A DNA stretch of 64,000 nt, from the NCBI GenBank assembly GCA_028534125.1, contig CM052817.1:56236001-56300000 (forward strand). Reading direction: 5' to 3'. A program made the position numbers and the translations under genes. Positions 1 through 12,859 of the stretch are shown here, piece by piece (position 1 is the first letter of the stretch; each line of letters begins with the position of its first letter). The DNA is from Lama glama (Eukaryota). The notes under the pieces are model-generated. The model searched no databases. It was not told where the DNA came from and saw only the letters and a list, made by a program, of their open reading frames with translations.

Positions 1-59
1 CAATCAACACCCTCAATGATTTTTCCGTATCTCCCAAGATAAACTCCCTTAAGATTTTA

Positions 60-350
60 GCTCAAGTTCTCAGTTCTTCATAAAAGCTTTCTTCACTACA
101 CCTTGTGGTCATTGTAGGCACAGTCCATACTGGTAATATTCACTTAGTGCTTCCTCCACTATCTTGACCTATGTTGTCAACATGGTTCTTGCATTTACAT
201 TTATTTCTTATATTTTCATTATTTTTCTTGCCGTATGTCTTGTATCCACAAGAGGATATGAAGCTTCAGAGATCTGGGACAATGTTCCAGTTTGGGTTCT
301 TTAACATGTGCATAAAGAGCCCTATCTGCTTGAAATATTTTTGTCTAAGG
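60..350 (+). mobile_element. L2 LINE 3' fragment (very old)
   Basis: Degenerate L2 3' motifs such as 'gatatgaagcttcagagatctgggacaatgttc' and terminal 'aaatatttttg'. Confidence 0.45.
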
Positions 351-1134
351 CATTAAAATTTAGTAAGTAACATATTTTGATTCTATTAGAGTGAAGGTAA
401 ATTTTAAAAATAAAGAATTATGCTCTCTTTGAGAAACTTCAAAATCTGTGTCTACGGACACCCACTAGAAAGGAAGTGCTACTCTTGGTAAAGCATATTT
501 GCTCTGTTCTGACCCTGGCTTCAGGATAAACACCAGCTGCATTTGCTCTGGACTTTTTGAAATGACAGCGTGATCCACATACCTCCTAAAAGTTAGTCTC
601 TGTTCAACTGTGTAGAGATGAAACTGCATTTTGGGAATTGTCCAAGAATAAGACATGTTTTCATCATACAAGACCACATCTGAGGCCAAAGACCTTAATA
701 GAAAACTATAGTAGTTGATCTCTATCTATGTGTGTCTCTCTCTTTATCTGTATGTAAAGCAGTATACCTTTGTTTCTATATCAACTTAGACCACAAGTGT
801 ATCAACAGAAAAATACGTGTAGGTGTGAACAGTTATAAATAAATTTAAAAATTATAAAATAGGCCTGGAGTCAATGCATAAGCACAGTTATGAAGAATAA
901 AGACCTGTGTTTCTAAGTAGAATAAAACGTCACCATCTGAAGACCTGAGAGGAACCACATGCATTCAAAAGGAAAATCAATAGTTTTATGTATTCCATTG
1001 TGAAACAGCACTCAATTTTCTAAATATGCATATGCCTTGGAAATTAGGAAGAGACATGTAAAATCATTACAGCAAGGTTACTGACTTTTTGAACAGCAAG
1101 AATTATTAAATCACACAAGAAATTACTATGATCA

Positions 1135-1360
1135 CCTACTCAGAGTGGCTTTCCCTGACCACCATCTTTAAAGTAGCATTACCTGTCATTTTCTGGTAAC
1201 TCATTCTTATTATTATTCATAATATTTATCAAGATACGATTTTTAATTTATTTTTAAGTTGCTTATCTCTTTGCTGTCTTTCTTGCACTAGAATATAAAC
1301 TTCCTGAGAGTAGAGGCTTCACTTTGTTCCCTTTTGTCCCCACACTTGGCCCAAATATAC
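1135..1360 (+). mobile_element. L2 LINE 3' fragment
   Basis: 'ctttccctgaccaccatctttaaagtagc' and 'cactagaatataaacttcctgagagtagaggcttc' are typical L2 3'-end motifs. Confidence 0.7.
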
Positions 1361-2544
1361 TTAGTTTTATCTAAGAAATGAGCAACGAGGATCCCTGAGA
1401 GTGTCGATTTTTTTCTATTTAAGGACCCATCCCAATCCTGCATTCTAAACTCAATTCATACTCCTACTGAGTCACTAGTTCTAAGTCCAATTTAGCTTTT
1501 GTCTTAAATTATTTTAAATAACCATGTGAATATTGTTCATATACCCCAGCCTTTCCGGCAGACAGTGGGAATAGCATCACAATAATTAAAATCACACATT
1601 TCTCCTCTCCACAATACAAAAGATAAGATGTCTTCAGCTTCCTGCCAGTAATTTTCTAAACCTCCAGGGTTATGTTGCAAATATGTTTCATGAACCAATT
1701 ATTTGAGCCCATCTCCCTCTAACTCCAGGTCTCTGTGATACTGGTGTAGCTTGTTACTCTTAATGACAAAAGCAGGGGCAGGAATGCCACTGATCTAATG
1801 GAGCCTTCCAAGAGTGACAAGGGCTCTGTCATTGGACTCCATCAAAGGAGACACTCCTGTACCTGTGGTGGTCGCCAGAGCACTGATCCCCAAGGCTTCT
1901 GCCAGAAGTTGTTTGCATTAAGTATCATAATGGAGCTGCTAATGCCCAATATTGAGCGTGCTGACGTTTGTCTTGTGTTATTGCTGAAATCAGTGTTGTG
2001 TTGTTCTGTTTTGTCTTGTTTTTCCCCAGTGTTGTAGAAGCTTCTGACAATGACATACCTGAAGTATGTGTGTTCAATTTCTTGAGTGGATAATGCTGGA
2101 AAGAACAAAGGGAACTTTTATTTGAAACTCTTCTTTCCTTCCCATGGTCTTGCCTAAGGACTGAGGTATATGTGTCCCTGGCACCTGGGTGGAGAGATTA
2201 ACTAAGAGAGAGCTATGACCCTTTTTCTCTGATCCTGACTCACCATCCTTGAAACAAAACTCTATCACAGTGTTCTTAGTGTGAGTTCTTTCTCGCAAGG
2301 CACCTTGTTCCTTCACCTAAATCTTAGGGTGAGTATAACTTAGTCTCAAGCTGGGATGCCAGCTACAGGAAGTACTGTGACTGCGCAGCACGTTGAATCA
2401 TCAATGGGTTTTAAAGGCTTTTGAGTGTGGTTCAGTATAAAGGGTAAGCATGAAAGGACAGTAGCTGGCAGCCTTCTCAGGAGGAACAATATTCAAAGGC
2501 ACTTTGTTGAAAACCTTATTTTTTTTTCCTTTTCACACCTGGAG

Positions 2545-2662
2545 CGAGGCAGCGTAGCTGCGCTACCTGCACACCTCCACGCAGGCCAAGTCTGACATGC
2601 GGCATCGGCCGGCGTGACCCCAAGGCCGTGGTATCTGGCATGTTTGGGAACTGGGGTGTACG
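2545..2662. promoter_or_regulatory. CpG-dense micro-island, candidate cis-regulatory element
   Basis: 10 CpGs counted in about 120 bp in an otherwise CpG-depleted window; no repeat recognised. Confidence 0.4.
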
Positions 2663-3164
2663 GCATCTTCTTTATTTAAGGAACTGTTATGACAGGTTTA
2701 GTTTGTCAGGTTGCAAATTCTCAAAACCTGGCACCTGAAGGAGTCTGATTCGTGTTATGGGAAGAGATACACAGTGCATCTAAAAATAATAAAATCAACA
2801 GAGAATTAGATAGCCTTACAATTTGGTGTCATGACACATTCAGACTACAGGATCGTGCCACCTACTGCTTTCAGACATCTGACAACCCACCAGGGATTGG
2901 ATTAAGGACTTCCAAGGAAAGATTGGATGCCTCCCCAAGCACCTTATTGGCAAGATATAACCAAAATGTCTGACAACTTTTAATTTCCATACAACCCAGA
3001 GACATTTGTAAATTAGAATCATCAAAAAGAAGAAAAAAACTCAAAACATTAACCAACAAAAGATTATATTTAAATATTAAATGCATCTTTTATATACATA
3101 TGAATTCGTTTTTATGGACTCACTTCCACCTCTTTAGTTGGCTAATACTTATACTAATACTCTA

Positions 3165-3360
3165 GCATGGATTTGGGGTGATGATGTGTCTCGTTAGGTT
3201 CACTGATTGTAACAAATGTGCCACTCTGGTGGGAGTGCTGATACTGGGGGAGGTATGTGTGTGTGGGAGCAGGGAAGACACTGAAAATCTCTGTACCTTC
3301 CTCCTAATTTTGCTGTCAACCTAAAACTGCTCTAAAAAATCAAGTCTATTTAAAAATAAA
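3165..3360 (+). mobile_element. L1 3' end (L1MC1/2-like), 5'-truncated
   Basis: 'ttgtaacaaatgtgccactctggtggg...aatctctgtaccttcctcctaattttgctgtcaacctaaaactgctctaaaaaat' matches the recalled L1MC 3' UTR terminus; A-rich tail follows. Confidence 0.85.
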
Positions 3361-4545
3361 TTAGAATACAACATGGCAAAAAAAAAAAACCCTCTATCAG
3401 CCAAATAAAGACATTTTCTCATCCTTGTTTCCAAAGAAAACCAAAGCATGTGACTGGAATGTGCATTTTTAGTCAACATTTTTGTATGCAAGGTGTGAAA
3501 GGGTTCTTTCTAGATTTTTAACGCAGGGAAATTAAGAACTAAGATAAGAGTTATACCACAGGAAATATATGACATTCAGAAACCTACAACACTCTTACAT
3601 GTTTGAGGGGTCATCCATATAATGTTATATTCTCACAGTCAAAAGTAGAAAATGGACCATTAAACTGATGCTCTGTAAAAAAGTGCTCAGTATATCTGGC
3701 ATACTCTATTTTGCAGTTTATTTGAAAGTACTTTTAGAGTTACTTCCTATGCTTTAATGGGATATAAAAGCATAAGCCTGTCAGGGAAGTGTAGTGCAAT
3801 GTCATATAATTGTTAGATGGATCAGCATTGTCAATGACTTTATTTGAACTTTATTGATTCACCTTATATTAGGTGATACTCTGGTCCACATAATGTATTT
3901 AGCTGTCAAGTTGCAGTAGCTACCAAACAACCAAATTTTATAATAAATCTGCCTCGTGGTTTGAGAGAGAGTAAAAATGTAGTGGAAGAGGCAACTGCCA
4001 TAATTATATGGTCATTAATTCATATCTAGCTGTCTCTTGACATTGCTCTCGTACCCAGGCATTTCCCCAAGTAAACTCCTGCCTCTCCTTTCGAGAAATT
4101 GAAATAGATTCTCCAAATTCCTCCCGATCTTATTTCCAGTTAAGGTGTTAGATGTTGAGAGTTTAGTTAAAATACATAAATACTAGTTGATTGTTTATTA
4201 GATGTCAAGCTACATGGATGCAACCGTGACTTATAGATTATACAAGTACATGAGGAATTACAGTAAGATGAGGAAAAGACACACAAAGCAACATAAAAAT
4301 GCAATAAGAAAGTACTGAATGTACTAAATGTTCTGAGAAAGAAGTTAATTTTCAAATTGAAGAGCTTTAATATAAGCTCCCAGAAAAGTGTCTATCACAA
4401 AGTATATGTTCACTAAAAGTTAAATAATAATAAAATTATTATTATTAAGTATATCATTATATAGTTTATATGATACCTGGATAGCAGAGATCAATCACTT
4501 GCCATTAAAAGCATTACTTTTAGCTAGGGTTTAACATTAAAAAAA

Positions 4546-4662
4546 TTGGGGGGGGGAGGTAACTAAGTTTATTTGTTTGTTTGTTTTAATAGAGGTATTG
4601 GGATCAAACCAGGACCTCGTGCATGCTAAGCATGCACTCTACCACTAAGCTATACCCTCCCC
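4546..4662 (-). mobile_element. tRNA-derived SINE, camelid Vic-1 type
   Basis: Reverse complement reads ggggagggtatagcttagtggtagagtgcatgcttagcatgcacgaggtcctggtttgatcccaatacctc, followed by (AAAC)n and a C-run; A-box and B-box-like sequences present. Confidence 0.85.
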
Positions 4663-5423
4663 TCATTTTTTGTCTATTAAAATTTTTGGAAATAATTTAT
4701 TAGATAAAATAGTTTAAAACTGCTAGCTGAATCCCAGCATTTGCCTCTCCCAGTGACAATGTCCATGCTCTGTTAGTGGTATGTAAGAACATACTTTTTT
4801 CACTTTAAATTCCACTACTCCTAGGCTTTTTTTTTTTTTTAAATCTCAGACGTGTATTGTGGGATTTGGAATTTCCATTTCTCTGCCTAAGTGATCTTCA
4901 TCTTAAAAACAAAACTATCAGGTGTCTGTGACATATTTTAATCATTTTTTAGATGCAATGTAATATATTTAAAATGTTTAAATGGATAGGTATATTATAG
5001 CATCTGAATTTAATGACTTACGGTATGTAACATTTTTCTAGGAGTAGTTTCCAGTGTGCTGATATTCAGTCTTAGATAACATGTAGAATTAGAAATTAGA
5101 ATTTGCTCTTTTGAGATCATAGTAACATTTGAATTAAAATTTTAATCCAAGTGAAATTCTTTAAATTTCATGATTAAAAGGGGCTTTAAGAATAAATATT
5201 TGTTGGCATATTTAAAATCATGAGATAAAAATTATTTTAAGTCAGAAAACATGTCAGTAAGTATATGATGTTCCCAGAAGTTACATTTTGCAACTATTAG
5301 ATGCTATGAAGAAATGGAATTTTGTACTAATTCCTCTCTACACAATCTTAAAACCTTCAGCTCTTCAATGCATACAGACTCATAGGCAGTATACCATTGC
5401 TTTCTGTTCCACTATTATTTGCT

Positions 5424-5885
5424 TTTTTTATTGAAGTATAGTTGATGTATGATATTATGTGTTATTGGTATATAATATGATTCACAGTTTTTAAATGGTT
5501 ATACTCCATTTATAGTTATTATAAAATATTGGCAGTATTCCTTGTGTTGTACAATATTTTCTTATAGCTTGGTTTATACATAATAGTTTGTACCTTCTAA
5601 TTCCCTACCCCAACATTGCCCCTCCCCCTTCCCTCCCCTCACTGGTAACCACTAGTTTGTTCTCTATATCTGTGAATCTGTTTCTTTTTTGTTATATTCA
5701 CTAGTTTGTTGTATATTTTAGATTCTACATATGACTTATATCATACAATATTTGTCTTTCTCTGTCTGACTTATTTCACTTAGCATAATAGCCACCAAGT
5801 CCATTCATGCTGTTGCAAATGGCAAAATTTCATTCCTCTTTATGGCTGAGTAGTATTCCATTATGTGTGTGTGTGTGTGTGTGTG

Positions 5886-5917
<32 letters not shown>

Positions 5918-6080
5918 AATACTTAGAGGCTATTATACTTATATATATTATACATATCACATCTTCTTCATCCATTCATCTGTTGGTGGACACTTAGGTT
6001 CCTTCCATATCTTGGCAATTGTAAATAATGCTACTATGAGTATTGGGGTGCATGAATGTTTTTGAATTAGTGTTTTTTCC
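5424..6080 (-). mobile_element. L1 3' end (ORF2 C-terminus + 3' UTR), artiodactyl type
   Basis: Starts with ttttttattgaagtatagttg (antisense tail). Minus-strand translation [39 protein letters not shown] is L1 ORF2 C-terminus. Internal (TG)n(CA)n. Confidence 0.92.
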
Positions 6081-6081
6081 T

Positions 6082-6760
6082 CTAAAATCAGGAATCTAGG
6101 ACAAGGAGGCTCACTCTCACTACTTTTATTTAATATAGTATTGGAAGTCCTAGCCACAGCAATCAGAGAAGAACAGGACACAAAAGGAATCCAAATTGGA
6201 AAGGAGGAAGTAAAACTGTCACTGTTTGCAGATGACATGATGCTATACATAGAAAATCCTAAAGACACTACCAGAAAACTACTAGAGCTCATCAATTAAT
6301 TCAGTAAAATTGCAGGACACAAAATTACTATACAGAAAACTGTTACATTTCTATACAACAGCAATGAACTATCAGAAAGAGAAATTAATGAAACAATCCC
6401 ATTTACCAACGCATCAAAAAGAATAAGAAACCTCAGAATAAACCTACCTAAGGAAGTAAAAGATCTGTTCTCCAGAAACGCTAAGACACTTATGAAAGAA
6501 ACTGAAGCAACACAAGCAGATGGAAAGCTATATTGTTTTCCTGGATTGAAAGAATTAGTATTGTTTAAATGGTTATACCACTGAAGGCACTCTACAGATT
6601 CAATATAATCCCTATCAAAATATCAATGGCATTTTTCACAGAACTGGAACAAATAATCTTAAAATGTGTATGGAAACACAAAAGACCCTGAAGAACCAAA
6701 ACAATCTTGGGAAAGAAGAACAGAGCTGGAGGAATCATGCTGCCTGACTTCAGACTATAT
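6082..6760 (+). mobile_element. L1 ORF2 reverse-transcriptase fragment, inverted relative to the adjacent 3' end
   Basis: Plus-strand translation includes [28 protein letters not shown] (RT FADD motif) and AGGIMLPDFRLY; decayed. Confidence 0.93.
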
Positions 6761-6802
6761 TTAGTTTTTAATAACATTAAGAATTATCTTTCTGAGCGAG
6801 TA

Positions 6803-8450
6803 ATTCATTCATTTGTTCAATGACTTCTTATTGATCCCCTCCTATGTTCCAAGCACTCTTCTAGGTGTCAGAATAAAAGAGACAAAAATCCTTATAGCAT
6901 CTATATTCTAGTTGAAAGAGGTAGAAAAAGAAAAAAACAATTAAGTGTAATGAATAGGTAAGTTCTACAGTGTATTAGAAAGAAATAGATTCCATAATAT
7001 AAAAGAAATTGGTGCAGAATAAGAGGTATAGGGAATGTTGGAGATGAGGTGGATAGTCAAAACAGGCAGGCCTCACTGAAGAAAATGACATGTCAGTTTA
7101 AAAAGTTGAGACAGGTGGAAAGGCAGAAAGCAATTTCAGGAAGAGGGGGAAAGGGAAGACCTTATATGAGATGTTTGCTAGATAGCAATGAAGTCAGTTT
7201 GAAAGGCACAGAGTCAGTAAACAAGAGTTAAAGAGAAGGCAGGATTGAAGAGGTCAGATCATATAGTGCCTTCTAAAATGCCGCATGAACTTTGGCCATG
7301 ACTGAGTGTGAAAGAAGCAGCCATGGAGAAATTACTGTTCTGAACCTCTGGAAGGATGGAATTCTCATCAACACTGATGAAAAAGTTTGTGGGAGAAGCA
7401 GAGTTTTGAGTGGTGGAGTATAGTTCAGTATTGGACATGCTGTGTCTGAGGTATCTGTTATAGACATCTGGGTAGAGGTGCCAAAGTAGGCAGACTGATA
7501 TTAGCCTGTATTTCAGGAGAATGGGATACCCTGGAGATGAACATTTGAGAATAAGCATACAATATGTACACCCATTATAGGGGGATGAAATTAACAAAGG
7601 AGTAAGTATAAATCAGTGTACAAGGAGACTAAAGAGAGAGTCCTGAATCACTGTCACGAAAGGATCAGGCAGGGAAAACCAGAAAAAAGGGGCTAAGAAG
7701 AAATAAATTGAAGAAGTCAGAAAAACCTGAAATATAGGAGAAGAAAAGAAGGGAGAGTAGTCAACCAACATGCCATGGGTTTTCTATTAAGATGAGGACC
7801 AAGAAATGACTTTATATCTATCAGCATGGAAGTCACTGGTCAGATCGACAAGACGGGTTTGAAAAGGGGACAGATGACTAATCTGCATGGGTTTAAAAGA
7901 GATTAGGAGGAAAAAATTAGGACAGTAAGTATAATCAACTCTTTCAAAGAATTTTGCTGTAAGCGTGAGCATAAATGTAAAGAAATAACTAGAGGAAGAA
8001 TGCAAATCAAGATAAAATTTTTTTAAGATGGGCAAAAAAGTAGAATGTTTCTCTGTTAATAAAGTTGATCCAGAAGAGACCAAAGAAACAATGATCCTAA
8101 AAAGGAGAGCAATTGCTGAAGGGCTGACCTTGAGTTGACTAGAGTAGACAAACTATTGCACAATTGAAGGATTAGCTGGAGACTGAAGCAAGGAGAGTTC
8201 ATTTACTATTATCAGGATAAAAAACTGAGTTAATAGATACAGATGATACAGGAAAATAAAAGTGAATGTGGAAATTTGTGGGCATGTTTTGATTTGCTTT
8301 ATATTCTTCAGACACGTAAAAAGCAAATTCAACAGCTGAGAGTAAGGATGAGTGACAGGTGTTGAAGTTTGAAAGAGGATAAGCCACGTAATAGCTCTAG
8401 AGGGTGTGTGGATGAGAGAAATGTATTATTATTGCTAGGCAGAATAAAGA
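6803..8450 (-). mobile_element. L2 (L2a-like) LINE, long 3' fragment
   Basis: Antisense tail 'attcattcatttgttcaa...ctatgttccaagcactcttctaggtg' followed by purine-rich L2 body motifs ('gttcagtattggacatgctgtgtctgag', 'catggaagtcactggt', 'aactctttcaaagaattttgctgt'). Confidence 0.85.
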
Positions 8451-8679
8451 ACATATTCAAATTAATGGTAATGAAACTAAAAGGAGAGCTGTCACCTCTG
8501 CTCCTTCTGTAGGAAGAAGTTCTCAGAAGAGCCATTGGGGGAATATTGTTCTCATATGGCAGAAATCCCCTAGTGAAGGAGAGAATGTAGTGCTAAAATG
8601 GAAATCAGTTAGAATTTGGTCCATGCTCAGGAATTATTTTGGGTCCATGGTAATATTTTAACTGTGACCACTGGTCATA

Positions 8680-8870
8680 TTTAGAGCACTGAATATGCAC
8701 CAGGTGTTAAGCAAGACTTTAGATTTAATAATTCGTACTGCACAACAAAATTACAAAACAAAAATAAATACATCTATTTTTAGACTAGTGAACTGACATT
8801 TAGAGGAATTAGTAACTTGCCTACGCTCAAGCTTTTAAAATCAAGGTCTTAAGATTTAAATCTATGCAGT
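8680..8870 (-). mobile_element. MIR SINE fragment
   Basis: 'gagcactgaatatgcaccagg...ctatttttagactagtgaactgacatttagaggaattagtaacttgcc' is a degenerate MIR core. Confidence 0.6.
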
Positions 8871-10106
8871 AACATTATCTCTCACTTCCCAACAACTTTG
8901 TGAAGAATATATTTCCATTTTACAAATTGCTTTCAGAATCCAATTAAGGGTCTGATTTTCTTCATTTAATTAGTCTAAAGCCATCTAAAACTTACTTACT
9001 CTAAAGTAATCCTTTGGTGTTTTGAATCCTGTAAATATCCTTCCTGTTTTGTAGAGATGTAATTCAGTTGCAATTAATCACTTATTAATTTTAAGTATTA
9101 CTATGGAATAATTTGGAAAATACATCCATATTTACATAAACTTCTTAAGAATTGTATTCATATCCCCTCTTGGCAAACAATTTCCCAACCTGAAAATCTG
9201 CAAATTCAGTTTCTCTCTCTTCTATGTGTTCTTTCCAGGACACAGTTATAACCTGGCATTTCCTAATCTATTTCTTGCTGACCTTATAACCTTCAGTTTA
9301 TCTCTTCCATCTTCCTTTCCTTAGAGTCCCTTCCTTGAAAATCAATCTCCATGTACCACACTTTGCAAAGTTCCTGCTACAACTTTCAGAAATAAAAGCT
9401 CACAATTCCTTTATCTGCTGAAATTGCTCCATTTTCTTTGTTACCATCACTGTGACCCAACTAAGATCCTAAATTCCAGTATTAGGTATCACACTAACTA
9501 GCTTTTATGTGTACACTTAGCCTTTATCCTAAGGAGTGATTTATTTAGCATCTGCCATGTGCAAGGTAGTAGATATACATACATAAAATCACATGCTTCA
9601 ATATTACCAAATCAAAAATATTTTAACAGAATAAAGTCAAGAGATGAGAAACTCATGCTAGAATTGGGTTTACAACTGACTTTTATGTTCTAAATTTAGC
9701 AACTCGGGTCAAAACCAAATAAATGGACAAATTCAAAAATTTATAGTTGATATCATTTTCAAATTTAATATGAATTCTTCACTAAGGATACAGAGAGTTT
9801 TTTCTTTATCATTAACTGTTTCTTCAGTTGAACACAAGAATGGCTTAAACGTGACGGTCAATCAGTGTGAAAAAAAAGTATCTTTTTTATTCAGTATAGT
9901 GAGATGTTCATGCGATGAAAACTACATGGGGATTGAGACTGAGGAAAGAGCAGTTCACCTCTATGCTCTTAGATTTATTGGAGGATAAGCAAATAAAGTA
10001 AGGCAGAACACCATACATTGCATGCATTCTTACAGCTCTTTCCTTTTCTCTTATTCATTTATACATTTGTTTGTTTATACTAAGAGTTAAATTAAATTTG
10101 CCTATG

Positions 10107-10290
10107 AAGATCCTACTGTACAGCACAGGGAAATACATTGAAATATAGCCTATAATGAAAAAGAATATGAAAAGGAATATGTGTGTGTGTGTATGTCTGT
10201 ATGTATATATATAAAACTGAATCACTATGTGGTACACCAGAAACTGACATAATATTGCAAACTGACAATACTTCAATAAAAACAAATAAA
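10107..10290 (+). mobile_element. Short 5'-truncated L1 3' end with target-site duplication
   Basis: 'cctactgtacagcacagggaaat...actgaatcactatgtggtacaccagaaact...cttcaataaaa'; flanked by taaatttgcctatg (10093-10106) and taaatttgactatg (10287-10300), 14 bp with 1 mismatch. Confidence 0.9.
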
Positions 10291-12859
10291 TTTGACTATG
10301 TTAAATGCACATATGATACTTCTATATAGGAATTTTATGTCTACAGGCACTCATGAAACTCAAATATAAAACAGACCCTAGACCTTTGCCACCATTAACA
10401 GTCAAAAACCAGTGTCTGATTCCAGTCCCATACTTTTGCTAAATATCCAGATTTATCTATCCTCACTTAGTTCTAAGATCATGATATCTGTTTTGATTAT
10501 ATAACAAGATATTTATGAAAACGTCTTATAAACTCTGAAGTTCTCTACAATTATAGAAGTATTGTCATGTTCTTCTAGGATGGTGGTAATATAATCAGAA
10601 GCAGATGCAGTTTTTGTTTGTTTTTTGCCTTTATGCATAGGTATGAGGAATGTTTATAAATGGTACAGAACTCATTCTTGGAGAAGGAAAAGAATTGCTT
10701 AAGATCCCATTGATCAGAGTAGGAGTAAGAATATTGTCTTGTGTATAAAAATTACTTGTTTATGAATGTGTGCTAGTAAAGTTACTAGGAAAGTTTAATC
10801 AGCCAGTTTAAACCACCTCTTAATCCCTGCCAGCATCTTACCCTTTACGCTGCTGTTTAATAGGAAAGCTCAGGCTTGTCAATAAAAGACATCACCACAA
10901 TCAGTGATTCCCGTGAAATGCTTGCTATCACACCAGCTGCCTAATCCAGTATTACTCCATTGACAATTCCATCTTCAAAGGAAAATGATAACAAATATTT
11001 GATTGAATTTAGATATCAATCCTTCCTAGCATGTCAGTTATAAATTGCAGAAGCTAAATTGTATGAATTTTCCAAAATAAATTCAGTTTTCAATAAAAAT
11101 GTCCACCTCAGAATTGATTTTGCTGGAATAAAACACCATCTTTTTACAAGTTATATTTCATCTTAGAAAATGATGCCATAAGAAATAAAATAAAAAGTAC
11201 TAATTAAATTCAGCTTATATCTAAATTATACCTTAAGCATGGAAATGTCTACTAAAAATATTTCCTAATTTTTGAAACTCTTTCTTTGGTTCTTATATTC
11301 TTCTAGCCTTTTTCCCTCAGCCTGAACTCAGGTAATTGTCTAAAATTCACTCACATTAAGTTGTAAATTATTGAAAAACTATGTTGTTTCTATTTTTTTT
11401 AAGCTTAAAGTATTAAACTAAATAAAAGACTATCTAAAGGTGGAATTTTAAGGGACAACCCTTAAATTATTATCTACTATGCTGAGCAAAAACCCAATCT
11501 TTGTTGACTGGCTAGAACTTGCCAATGTTAATCTGCTAGAGAGTGTTGGTCATAGCAAACATATACAACAAGCCAATAACATTTGGTGATTGCATGAAAA
11601 TTTACTAATATTTGATATTTTTAAGTAAAATAGTTGAATAAATAATGGAATGTACAACCTATGTCACATCAGTCATAAAATTGTCTTTTAATGTGTTGAT
11701 TAAGAATATGGGACTTCAGAAAATCACTGGAAAGTCATTTATTACACTTGGCTAATTTTAGTGACACAAATTTTTACTGCCCTTAACCAGTCTCATTTTG
11801 CAAATTTTCTTCTCAGTATCTCTATTCAGACTGCCAACATGGGTGCTAATTAACATCAATTTTGCTAGTAATATTTTTCTCCTCTTGGGGACTCAGTACA
11901 GCTGTTCACTAGGAACAGAAATAAGATGACCCCTGATTTCTGTGGACCAATGGACTGTGGTAATTGATTTTTAGTCATAGCTAATCCAGGCCAGTTTAGA
12001 ACTCTGTAACTGGCTGTATATCCTATTAGCGATCTCATTAACCATCAAGCTTGCCTAAGGTGACAAGGAAAACAACTCAATAGCACCAAACTCAGCCACC
12101 GTGGAAAATGAACTCACCTGCTGTGGAGTGACAAGACTCACCTGGGAGCCAGGCTTCTCTAACTGAAAGCATTTTCAGGAAGCTCTCTTCAAGCACTTTA
12201 ATGAAATGGAGTTTTCTTTATGACTTTCATTTAAAAATACATTATGAAAGCCACTTGGCTCTTCTTTGCTCTTGCCAAGTATTGAATACCTGATTTCCAG
12301 ACCCACAGCAGAGCTATAACTAATTTCAAATATTATGAAGGTGTGATTTCATTTCAGTTTATGGCAGCAAGTATCCAGATTTGAAACTTGTTCATTGCAG
12401 AAGACAAGCAATATGATCATCTCAGTATACTGCTAATGAAAGCATTTAACAAAGCATTAGTGTCTGTTAAGATGTCTAAAGTGTTTTTTTTAACATAAAA
12501 ATGGAATTTTGACTTTTATGGGGGTAATGGATGAATAATTTTGAGTATGAAAAATGTTGGCCGCCTCTAAGAAATCTTTACCTGAGTGCATTACCACTGA
12601 ATCAGATAAATCATCACCATCAAAGACTTTCCAAACATCTCCCTATGAGGAGGAATATTCTGCAACTTCACAATTTAGTCTAGAACCTTGGGAAACTCTT
12701 GATCTATTCTCTTTCTTCCCCACGTCTTCTTTATCATTGAACACTGACATTTCTCCCTTCAAACCATCCAGTTTGTTTTATTCCCTGTGACTAAATTCCT
12801 TTTCATTTCACCCCAGAATTATAGGCACCACCTCATGATTGTATTACTTGCCATAGGTC

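Noticed and set aside
2541..2738. Open frame through the CpG island as a coding exon
   Set aside because: Translation (RQRSCATCTPPRRPSLTCGIGRRDPKAVV...) matches nothing I recognise, and there is no convincing acceptor/donor pair.
4590..4662. Possible tRNA-Ala gene
   Set aside because: It is the tRNA-like head of a SINE with a SINE tail and a degenerate B-box/acceptor stem.
5957..6295. 112-aa minus-strand ORF
   Set aside because: Chimera of antisense L1 RT sequence and the L1 ORF2 C-terminus across the inversion junction; not a gene.
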